Positions 12,901-22,578 of a DNA stretch of 64,000 bases are shown here, one piece after another. The stretch spans positions 49,230,001-49,294,000 of the forward strand of contig NC_087447.1 of the NCBI RefSeq assembly GCF_036321535.1, read 5' to 3'. The position numbers and the translations under genes are program-made. The DNA is from Camelus dromedarius (taxonomy: Eukaryota). Each line of letters starts with the position of its first letter. Position 1 is the first letter of the stretch. A model generated the notes under the pieces. It saw nothing but the letters and a program-made list of their open reading frames with translations, ran no database searches and had not been told where the DNA came from.

Positions 12901-14087
12901 GTTGAAGGGCTTAGAGGAAGGAACAAAGCAGGTTTGCACCATGAAAGACAGCCTTCAGGTGAGTTGTGAACTGTAAGCAGATGAGGAGAGCTCTCCAGGC
13001 CAATAAGGCAGGGGCAAAGTCAGGAAGGGGTGGAAAGGTAGGAGTTAGAGGGGCAGACAGAAGTTTGTTTGGGATGCAGTATCGAGGGAAACTGGGAGTC
13101 TCAAAAGACGAGGCTAAAGAGGTCAGCAGGGCCAGAACCAGAAGGGTTTCAAATTCCAGGCCAGGGAATAAGAACTCAGCTTGAGGACATTGGAGAACCA
13201 GGGCCAGCCTTCCTGCAGGGGACTAACAGATGCATGTTTCAGAAAGATCACACCCACTGTCACATGGAGAATGGATTTAAATGGGAGAGGCTAGAGGCAG
13301 GGAGGCCAGTCAGTGAGCTAGACAGTGACAAGATAAATAGAGTGAAGGAAAAATGACAACAATGACAGAAACCACTGCCATTTACTGAGTGCTCATTTGT
13401 GCGAATGACTGTGCCCAGGTGGTCATGGTCATCGCTTCAGTCCATCTGAGGAGTGGTTTTTATTATTCAACCATCTCCAAGGCCACACTTTTTAACTATC
13501 AAGAATCAGAGACTTTTACTTCAATTAAAAATAAAAATAAAATAATAATAATAAAGAATCAGAGAAATCCTCAAGAGGCAGGAGAGCCAGAATTTGATAA
13601 CTGTGTATGAAAGAGTCCAAGACTCTTGGCATTCTAGCTTGGGTGACAAGGCAGATGGTGGTAATGTTGTCTGAATTTGAAGACCACGGTGGTGGGTGGT
13701 GGGTGGTGAGCAGTGTAGGTGGGAAGAAGTTTTTGGAGGAAGGTGATGAGTTCCCTTTTGGACATGTTGCATTAGAGGAGCCCATGAGACATCCAAGTGG
13801 GGATGTCCAGCAGATATGGGAGGGTTTAAGTTTAGAGCTCAGGAGAGAAAGCTGAGTTGCTGACAGACTTGGGAAGGCTATGCTTTATGGAGCTAGGGAG
13901 AGAGTGTAGACTTAGAAGGAAAGAAATTTGGAGGAAACCAGCATGAGACTGAGGCAGAACAAGAAGGGCCTGCAAAAGATGCTGGGGAAAAAAATGGCTA
14001 GAGAGAGTGAAGCAAAGCCAGGGAGTGTGCTATCGCAGAGGCACTCCAAATGCCATGTTTGGCCAGCAGCAGTAAAAGCTGCTGATG

Positions 14088-14218
14088 AGGGGAGAGTATA
14101 GTGCAGTGGTAGAATGCCTGCCTAGCGTGCATGAGGTCCTAGGTTCATTTCCCAGTATTTCCATTTATAAATAAATAAACCTAATTACCTCCCTCATTAA
14201 AAAAAAAAAAAAACAACT
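14088..14218 (+). mobile_element. tRNA-derived SINE, camelid Vic-1-like
   Basis: tRNA-like head (GGGGAGAGTATAGTGCAGTGGTAGAA...GGTTCATTTCCCAG), (AAAT)n-ACCTAATTACCTCCC body, poly(A), TSD agctgctgatg on both sides. Confidence 0.85.
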
Positions 14219-14409
14219 TAAGAGCTGCTGATGGGACTAGAAGAATGTGAAGTGAAGAGTGTGCAGGGGACCCAACAAGGAGGCGGTCACTGGTGACCTC
14301 AGGGTGAACAGGTCCACTGGAATGGTGGGAGTGGAAGTTTGGGGGTGGGGTGTGGATGTTTGAGGGTAAGTGGAAAAAGTGGATAACATTTTCAAGGTGT
14401 TTGGCTGTG

Positions 14410-14652
14410 TCAGGGGAGGGATAAATTAGAAGTTTGGGATTACCAGATACACACTATTATAGATAAAATAAATATTAAAGGCCTACTGAATAGCATGGGG
14501 AACTATATTCAATTTCTTGTAATAACATATAAGGGAAAAGAATCTGAAAAGAAAAAATATATATGTATGTATATATATAACTGAATCACTTTGCTATACA
14601 CCTGAAACTAACACTGTAAATCAACTACACTTCAATAAAAATTTTTAAAAAA
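14410..14652 (+). mobile_element. 5'-truncated L1 3' end (artiodactyl-type)
   Basis: L1 3'UTR ...actgaatcactttgctatacacctgaaactaac...ttcaataaaa plus A-tail. 16-bp TSD aaggtgtttggctgtg (14394) / aagatgtttggctatg (14653). Confidence 0.85.
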
Positions 14653-16235
14653 AAGATGTTTGGCTATGAACAGACATGGATGGTTGGAGGGCAATGAGGG
14701 GTCAGGGAGGATTTTGTTATATTTTTCACTTGGAGGTGTTTGAGCACATTTCCCACCACTTGCTGGTGGAAATTAGCCAGTAGAGAAGAAGAGGAAGAAG
14801 AAATGGGAGAGGAAGGGATGGTCAGCAGAGGCAGAGAAGAAGAGCTTCTGAGCTGAGTATTTGGACTCCTGGTGAATCAGGTAGGGGAGAAGGAGGTTTT
14901 TTAAAAGAGAGAGAGACAGAGAAGGTGGGATAAACGTAAGATTACAGATTTAGTGGCACAGGTAGGGGGACAAGACTCACTGAAGATAAGAGTGACAGGA
15001 GAATTTTGTGAAGATGCTGAGACTGCAGATGAGAGTTTGTTCTGCATCGAATGGGTCTGGGGAGGCAGTATAGTGGATACATGCCCAGATCTTGATGCCA
15101 GACCAATTTGGATTCAAGCCCAGAGCTCTCTGAGCCTCTCTTTCCTCTTCTGGAGAATGGGGTTTGTTCAGTGTGGTGGTATGGTGCTGGTTGAGAAGAG
15201 GTGAAGGGTACCTGCAAGTGTCATAAGCATTTCCACCCAGGTAACACCAGCCCTGTCCCTCTCTCCTGGGTCCCATAACATTCTCAGCCCAGGTGTCTCC
15301 GTCCTGAGAAAGTGGGGAGGCCCAGAAATGTCCCCAGGAGGAGCCCATGTACCTCAGGAACATTTTTGAGTTCAAAACAGAGGACAGCCCGGTCCTCCAA
15401 AGTTCCTCCCAAGCAGAGGCCACCTGCCTGTGCCCTAGAAAGTCGTCAGTGACGCTCCGTCTCTCTCTGTCTCACCCCTACAGTTCTTCACCTTCACCGG
15501 CATCAGGTTCTAACAGACGCGAGAGACTGGAAAAGGAGGGTGCTGAGGAAAGGGAAGTTATAAATATGTCCAGGGAGAGACTGGGCTGCCTCCCAGCATG
15601 GGTAGGAGGCTCCTGGAGCTCTGGGGAGGAGAGTCCAGAATCTGGGACCTCTGCTGGGGCCTCCAGCACTCTCATCACTGTGACTATCCTTCTCGCCACC
15701 AGGAGACAGTGTGGCATAAGCTTCGTGGGCCAAACATGCTTGGGTTCAAATCCTAGCTCATTCACTTGCCAGCTCTACTTGGGCAATGACTTCACTTCTC
15801 TCTGCCTCTGTCTCCTCTTTGTGAACCAGGGTAATACCACCAACAATATTGGCTGGAGTGAAAGTTTAGTGAGGCACTCTAGGTAAGAGTTCTTTGCAAA
15901 CTGTGAAGTGCTATGAAGAGTTTTCTCTGCCATCACCACCATAGCCACTGAGAGGCCACCCCCTGGATGTCTTCCTCTCTGAGGTTTTTCACCCTGGAAG
16001 GCTGGAGGCAGAGAAGCTGGCTGATGAAAGTTCTCTGAGGGTATGACCAGCCTCTTCAATGCTCACTGACTAAGGTCATGTAGAGGACAAGGATATTATC
16101 CTGACCATATCCATGTTCTTTCTGGAACCCAGTCAAAGGTGCTACCCTCAATACTCTACTCTACATTCAACCCTTGGCTTAAGAACTGACGGACAGATGA
16201 TTGAGTCCTTAAACTAACCCTTTGGGACAGTTAAG

Positions 16236-16353
16236 TGCCATGGTGAGGGACATGAACTCTGGGGCCAGTGTACATTAAATCCTGGTCTGCCTCTTACCAA
16301 TTGTGTAAGCCTGGGCAACTCTCCCAACCTCTCTGTGCTTCAGCTTTCTCCTC
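16236..16353 (+). mobile_element. MIR 5' half, ending at the left edge of the repeat cassette
   Basis: ...aaatcctggtctgcctcttaccaattgtgtaagcctgggcaactctcccaacctctctgtgcttcagctttctcctc follows MIR up to 'cagtttcctcatc'. Confidence 0.7.
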
Positions 16354-16977
16354 AAGTGAGGGGGCAAGTAGTGAGGGGACAGGTCTGAGGTATACATGCA
16401 CTGCTATGACAGCCACTTCAGGTGAGGAGACTTGTAGTGAGTGGTCAGGTCTGAGGTACAAATGCACCCCTCCTCAGGTAAGGGGACATCAGTGAGTGGT
16501 CATGTGTGGACTCCAGGTGCACTGCCGTCACAGCCTCCTCAGGTGAAAAGGCGTGTGGTGTTGGTCACGTCTGAGGTCCACGTGCACTCCTGTTACAGCC
16601 TCCTCAGGTGAGGGGACATGTGGCCAGTGGTCAGGTCTGAGGTCCACGTCCACTAGGTGATAGCTTCTTCAGGTGAGGGAGCGTTTGATATTGGTCACCT
16701 CTGAGGTACACGAGCACTGCTGTTACAGTCTTTTCAGGTGAGGGGACATGTGGTGAGCGTTCATATCTGAGGTACGTGTGTTCGGCCCTGACAGCCTCCT
16801 CAGGTGAGGGAACATTTGGCCAGTGGTCAGATCTGCAGCATAAGTGCACTGCTGTCACGGCTCCACTAGGGAGGTAACCTGTGGTCAGTGGTCACGTGTG
16901 AGGTCCACGTGCACTCCTGTTACAGCCTCCTCAGGTGAGGGAACTTGTGGTAAGTGGTCAGGTCTGAGGTACACTAG
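16350..16977 (-). repeat. 66-bp tandem-repeat array, reverse orientation, ~9-10 units
   Basis: Recurring ...cctcctcaggtgagggga...gtggtcaggtctgaggt... at ~66-bp spacing; reverse complement of the arrays at 17817-20748. Confidence 0.92.
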
Positions 16978-17599
16978 TGTTACCGGAGAGTAGGTTCTTA
17001 TCACAGGAAGAATTCAGAGATGAAATAAGGAAATCAAGAAAGCTAAGCAAGGATTTATCATTAGCAGATAATATGCTCTCAAGAGGAGTGAGCAGACTCA
17101 AGTGAGTAGCTGTGCTGAGGCTCTTTGGCGAGCTGGTTATATGGGGTGTGAAAATGAGTGGGCGGAATATTCATTGTGGAGGGAGGGGCTATGGGTCATA
17201 TTTCCTGATTTTCATCCCAGCTCCACCTTCCCGAGGGGAGGAGGGATTTTCGTCCTTAGTTAGTCTGGATTGGAAGTGTCACGGTGTCGGTGCATGATGG
17301 GTACTTCTTATCTGCAAGTCTAATTTTATTGTAATGAGGGCATAATGAGCAAAAAGTTATATTCAGACCCTGGAGATTCCTGCCTTATCCCACCTTTCTT
17401 TGTCTGCCTCCAGGACACTTTCCAACCCCCAATATGTGGTTACTTATCAGTCTGAAGGTTCCAGCTTTTCTTTGTCTGCCCCGCTATTCACGAGGGGTAT
17501 GATTTCCTGCCATTTGGCCCATGCCTCCCTTTCTTTGCTCATATCTAGCTGTCTGCTCTAACATGAGCACTGCTGTCACAGCCTCCTCAGGTGAGGGGA
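16440..17599. repeat. Left arm of a 1160-bp inverted repeat (partner 19474-20633)
   Basis: Base-by-base reverse-complement match with coordinate sum 37073. Mismatches seen only at 16527/20546 and 17066/20007. Mirrored identical ORFs in the track confirm the symmetry. Confidence 0.95.
16978..17563 (-). mobile_element. Solo LTR, 586 bp (LTR-B), ERV1-like
   Basis: TGTTA...TAACA termini. Homologous to the TSD-flanked solo LTR at 59393-59928. Confidence 0.88.
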
Positions 17600-17816
17600 A
17601 CAGCCTTGGTAACCAGGACCCTGCCCCAAGCCTGCACTATTGTTTCTTGATTGTTCCTCACTTGTTTCTGCGTTCCCTCACTTCCCTGATTAGCAAATGT
17701 TTGAATCTGCCCTTTGGAGCTCACGGAAGTTCAAGGAAGCTGAATGAAGCTTATTTCCTACAAACAAGAAATAAATTTGTACCAGGGAGGAACCAATGGG
17801 GTCCTGCTCAGTATCA
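17600..17816 (-). mobile_element. Truncated LTR fragment (LTR-C) at the orientation switch of the tandem arrays
   Basis: Ends GGGGTCCTGCTCAGTATCA, like the LTRs ending at 1874 and 18494. The other terminus is missing and abuts the inner end of the left arm. Confidence 0.7.
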
Positions 17817-18024
17817 CCCTCACCTAAGGTAATGCCCATGTACCTCAGTCCTGACTGTTCACCACAGCAGGAGGCTGTGACAGCAGTGCACTTGTACCTC
17901 AGACCTGACCACTAACGACTTGTCCCTTCGTCTGAGGAGGCTGGAATAGCAGTGCACGTGTACCTCAGACCTGACTGCTGACCACTTGTCCCCTCACGTG
18001 AGGAGGCTGTCAAGGCAGTGCATG
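17817..18024 (+). repeat. 66-bp tandem-repeat array, ~3 diverged units
   Basis: gtacctcag...ctgacc...ccctcac.tgaggaggctgt...cagtgcac units. Confidence 0.85.
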
Positions 18025-18494
18025 TATTAAATGAATACAAGTTCATGTGCCCAACACACAGTGAGGCCAAACAATACCTAAATGTCAGAATTTGGATTAC
18101 AGGAAAGTTTATTGCAGGACTGAGCAAGAAGTGATGGCTCATGCCCCTCAAACCCCAAACTCCTCGAAGGATTTCAGCAAAACATTTTTAAAGGCAAGGT
18201 GAGGGAGAAGCGTCTCAGGGTATGTGATCACCTTGTGCACAATTCTCTGGTTGATGCTGAGGTAATAGGGCAGTTAACGTTATCAATCCTTAGGTGCTAA
18301 GAGGTCAGGGGGCTAGGAGCTCATGATCAACAAGTAGTTAATTTCTTCGATTTGGTGGTGGTTTTCAGCATCTAAAAAACTCAGGAAATATGCATCAGAT
18401 ATTATTATCTAGGTACTTCAGAGAGGAGCCACAGCAGGGGTATGGAGGAAGTGACCTGTGCTAGGAAGTTCCCATAGGGTCCTGCTCGGTTACA
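18025..18494 (-). mobile_element. Solo LTR (LTR-A), ERV1-like
   Basis: Ends GGGTCCTGCTCGGTTACA; TTTATT (antisense polyA signal) near 18108; flanks CATG/CAAG; similar to 1280-1874. Confidence 0.78.
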
Positions 18495-19509
18495 CAAGTG
18501 TACCTCAGACCTGACCGCTCACCACAAGTTCCCTCACCTGAGGAGGCTGTAACAGGCTTGAACATGTACCTCAGATGTGACCACTGATCACAGGCTACCT
18601 CCCTAGTGGAGCTGTGACAGTAGTGCGCTTATACAGCAGACCTGACCACTGGCCACATGTCTCCTCACCTGAGGAAGCTGTCACAGTAGTGCACATGGAC
18701 CTCAGACCTGACCACTGGCCACATGTCCCCTCACCTGAGAAGGCTGAGACAGCAGTGCACGTGTACCTCAGATGCGACCAACACCACACGCCTTTTCACC
18801 TGAGGAGGCTGTGACGGCAGTGCACCTGGAGTCCACACATGACCACTCACTGATGTCCCCTTACCTGAGGAGGGGTGCATTAGTACCTCAGACCTGACCA
18901 CTGGCCACATGTCCCCTCACCTGAGGAGGCTGTAACAGGAGTGCACGTGGACCTCAGACGTGACCAACACCACACGCCTTTTCACCTGAGGAGGCTGTGA
19001 CGGCAGTGCACCTGGAGTCCACACATGACCACTCACTGATGTCCCCTTACCTGAGGAGGGGTGCATTTGTACCTCAGACCTGACCACTGGCCACATGTCC
19101 CCTCACCTGAGAAGGCTGAGACAGCAGTGCACGTGTACCTCAGATGCGACCAACACCACACGCCTTTTCACCTGAGGAGGCTGTGACGGCAGTGCACCTG
19201 GAGTCCACACATGACCACTCACTGATGTCCCCTTACCTGAGGAGGGGTGCATTTGTACCTCAGACCTGACCACTGACAACATGTCCCATCACCTGAGAAG
19301 GCTGAGACAGCAGTGCTCGTGTACCTCAGACCTTACTACTTACCACAAGTCCCCTCACCTGAGGGGGCTGTGATGGCAGAACTCATGGACTTCACACATG
19401 ACTGCTCACCACACACCCCCTGACCTGAGGAGGTTGTCACAGGTGTACCTCAGACCTGACCACTTACCACAAGTCCCCTCACCTGAGGAGGCTGTGACAG
19501 CAGTGCTCA
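18495..19509 (+). repeat. 66-bp tandem-repeat array containing three copies of a 186-bp higher-order repeat
   Basis: Unit starts at 18500, 18566, 18631, 18697, 18763. Marker ggagtccacac at 18828, 19014 and 19200 gives an exact 186-bp period. Confidence 0.93.
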
Positions 19510-20633
19510 TGTTAGAGCAGACAGCTAGATATGAGCAAAGAAAGGGAGGCATGGGCCAAATGGCAGGAAATCATACCCCTCGTGAATAGCGGGGCAGACA
19601 AAGAAAAGCTGGAACCTTCAGACTGATAAGTAACCACATATTGGGGGTTGGAAAGTGTCCTGGAGGCAGACAAAGAAAGGTGGGATAAGGCAGGAATCTC
19701 CAGGGTCTGAATATAACTTTTTGCTCATTATGCCCTCATTACAATAAAATTAGACTTGCAGATAAGAAGTACCCATCATGCACCGACACCGTGACACTTC
19801 CAATCCAGACTAACTAAGGACGAAAATCCCTCCTCCCCTCGGGAAGGTGGAGCTGGGATGAAAATCAGGAAATATGACCCATAGCCCCTCCCTCCACAAT
19901 GAATATTCCGCCCACTCATTTTCACACCCCATATAACCAGCTCGCCAAAGAGCCTCAGCACAGCTACTCACTTGAGTCTGCTCACTCCTCTTGAGAGCAT
20001 ATTATCCGCTAATGATAAATCCTTGCTTAGCTTTCTTGATTTCCTTATTTCATCTCTGAATTCTTCCTGTGATAAGAACCTACTCTCCGGTAACACTAGT
20101 GTACCTCAGACCTGACCACTTACCACAAGTTCCCTCACCTGAGGAGGCTGTAACAGGAGTGCACGTGGACCTCACACGTGACCACTGACCACAGGTTACC
20201 TCCCTAGTGGAGCCGTGACAGCAGTGCACTTATGCTGCAGATCTGACCACTGGCCAAATGTTCCCTCACCTGAGGAGGCTGTCAGGGCCGAACACACGTA
20301 CCTCAGATATGAACGCTCACCACATGTCCCCTCACCTGAAAAGACTGTAACAGCAGTGCTCGTGTACCTCAGAGGTGACCAATATCAAACGCTCCCTCAC
20401 CTGAAGAAGCTATCACCTAGTGGACGTGGACCTCAGACCTGACCACTGGCCACATGTCCCCTCACCTGAGGAGGCTGTAACAGGAGTGCACGTGGACCTC
20501 AGACGTGACCAACACCACACGCCTTTTCACCTGAGGAGGCTGTGATGGCAGTGCACCTGGAGTCCACACATGACCACTCACTGATGTCCCCTTACCTGAG
20601 GAGGGGTGCATTTGTACCTCAGACCTGACCACT
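19474..20633. repeat. Right arm of the 1160-bp inverted repeat (partner 16440-17599)
   Basis: Reverse complement of 16440-17599 with 2 mismatches by eye. Confidence 0.95.
19510..20095 (+). mobile_element. Solo LTR, 586 bp (LTR-B'), inverted duplicate of 16978-17563
   Basis: TGTTAGAG...CCGGTAACA; TATA-like ccATATAAcc near 19931 and polyA-like aatgataaat near 20011; one difference from the left copy. Confidence 0.88.
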
Positions 20634-20748
20634 GACAACATGTCCCGTCACCTGAGAAGGCTGAGACAGCCGTGCTCGTGTACCTCAGACCTTACCACTC
20701 ACCACAAGTCTCCTCACCTGAGTGGTTGTCATAGCAGTGTACGTGTAC
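20096..20748 (+). repeat. 66-bp tandem-repeat array, ~10 units
   Basis: Same unit as above; includes one 186-bp higher-order block at ~20428-20613. Confidence 0.92.
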
Positions 20749-21150
20749 ACCCCTTAGTGGAGACAAGCCTGCAGTCCAGTCTATAGCCACTCACAAAGGT
20801 GCATTCTGAGGGGACACAAAATCAGAAAGGACAGGATACTGGCCCTAGGTGCTTGTCAAAGGAATGAATTCAATGAGCCCAAATGTTTGATTCCTCCTGT
20901 ATATAGAAAAGCGCTAAATTCTTTATCTTGAGATCTCTGGTTTTCTTCAGTTAACAAGTAATCTTTTAATGTTCTGACTACCTGGTCTTTGTTGTAAAAC
21001 TCCTATATATCCTAGCTCCTTCCCTACCTCTTCGGAGCAGTCCCTCAGAGCAATCTGAGAGGCTGTCATCCCAGGCTCGAGTTCTCAGAATTGTCCACTG
21101 AATAAAACATAGCTCTCAACTTTTAGGTTGTGCATTTACTTCAGTCGACA
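20749..21150 (+). mobile_element. LTR (LTR-D), MER34/MER4-group-like, probably 5'-truncated
   Basis: TATA-like cctatatat at ~21002, AATAAA at 21101, 3' end ...ttttaggttgtgcatttacttcagtcgACA. Confidence 0.7.
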
Positions 21151-21207
21151 CCTGTGACTTTACTGCATGTGTATGTCAGACCTGACCCCTTATCCCACAA
21201 CACTGAG

Positions 21208-21310
21208 CTGTACAGGGTTATATAAGATTAACATAGGTAGTTGGGAACATTAACTGAGTTAATACAAGTAAAGTACTTAGAACAGTGCTTGGCATGTAAA
21301 GAATGTCGGT
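21208..21310 (+). mobile_element. MIR 3' half, resuming after the repeat cassette
   Basis: ctgtacaggg...cataggtagttgggaacattaactgagttaatacaagtaaagtacttagaacagtgcttggcat follows MIR from 'ctgtaaaatggg' onward. Confidence 0.7.
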
Positions 21311-22396
21311 CATAATTATCACATTCCTTTTATAGTTGAGGAAACTGAGCCTTAGAAAAATGAAGTAACTGTCCAATGCCACACAACGAGTTGCTTGCAG
21401 AGCTCAGGCCTAAGGGACTCCAAAGAGTGAATTGGTTTGCTTATGCTGAACTGCCTTCCTTTGTGGCTATTTCTGGAAGATGACTGATATTTTTCATTCA
21501 AGAGACGGGAGCCCCCAACAAAGGATACTTGGGAGGAGATTCTGTGGCCCTCTAGGCTCCCTTTCTGGGCCCAGCTCTGATGCAGACACTACCATAAAAA
21601 CTGCTTGCTGGGGAGAGCCACCCCTGCCCTGGCCAGAGAGCAGGCCTGCTCCATTTGGGACACCTCAGGTCAGGTCTCTCCCCACAACTTCCTGGGGGAA
21701 AAAAAAAAGAGGAGGCAGACATTTAAATAAGGACAGCATCACTTCAATGGTGAGAGAATTTTAGACATGAGAGCCAGTAACATTTGGAACAAGTGAATGT
21801 AGGAAACGTGTGTGGAGTCAAGGGAGTGGGTGTGCTTCGGGTGGAACTCGAGAAGGAGAGAACCAAGCAAAATGCAAACCAACAATGCTCTGAATAAACA
21901 GTGCTGATGAAAACAGGTTAGCCTGTTCTAGCACCACCTGAGAGAGTTAGAACAGAGGCAAGTTCAGGGTCCCACCCTGGGCCCTACTGCCAGTCAGAAT
22001 CTTTCTTGCCTGTGCGGTTGTCACTGGAGTATCTGCAGAAGGCCAGCCTGGTTAGGAAGCAGCTGCCCGTGCTCACTCTGCTTCCTGCCTTCCCCATCTC
22101 CAGCTCATAACTCCATCAAGAGAGGAAGTGACTAATCTTCCTAGATGAAGCATGAGGCATGCTTCCCCAGCAGCTGTCATAAACTCCGCCTGAGTCACAG
22201 AGATGAATCCTAGGCAGTGACGGCCCTGGATTTCTGTAGCTAACCCCTGCAGTGCTACTCTGCTCCAGAGAATAAAATAGTAGTAATGTTTGCTGCGTAC
22301 CTATTATCTACCTACCAGCCACTGTGCAAAGCACATCCACTTATTAGCCCCATCCTGCAGATGAGAAAACTGAGGCATAAAGAATTAAGTAACACA

Positions 22397-22578
22397 TGGG
22401 TACTGAGTTTTGGTTTGAGAAGATTAAGAAGTTCTGGAGATGGATGGTGGTGATGGTTCCACAACAATGTAAATGTAGTTAATGCCACTGAACTCTACGC
22501 TTACAATGGTTAAAATGTTAAATTTTATGTTTTGGATATTTTACCACACATACACACCAAAAAACCCTACAAACAAGC
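22397..22578 (+). mobile_element. Old L1 (L1M-type) 3' fragment inserted in a MIR
   Basis: gttctggagatggatggtggtgatgg...aatgccactgaac...ttttaccac; 18-bp TSD aaagaatt(a/g)agtaacaca at 22379 and 22579. Confidence 0.8.

Larger units (their letters stand above)
12765..14900 (-). mobile_element. L2 LINE remnant, interrupted by younger elements
   Basis: Typical antisense L2 blocks such as gatgagttcccttttggacatgttgcattagaggagcccatgagacatccaagtgg and ggtcactggtgacct. Boundaries approximate. Confidence 0.65.

Noticed and set aside
14088..14160. tRNA-like sequence with A and B boxes (also ~36720-36790 and ~53820-53895)
   Set aside because: Each has a SINE body and A-rich tail, usually with a TSD, so these are SINE heads rather than tRNA genes.
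16631..20442. Pairs of identical ORFs (75 aa and 61 aa) and His-rich 22-aa periodic peptides suggesting a repeat-protein or zinc-finger gene
   Set aside because: They follow from the inverted duplication and a unit length divisible by 3. Units of 65 and 55 bp break the frame, and there is no C2H2 spacing or splice structure.
16350..20748. Regularly spaced repeats resembling a CRISPR array
   Set aside because: The whole 66-bp unit repeats with no unique spacers, there are no cas genes, and the DNA is mammalian.
16330..21215. Target-site duplication for the cassette (cagct vs gagct)
   Set aside because: Only a 4-bp match and not at the inferred junctions, so not accepted as a TSD.
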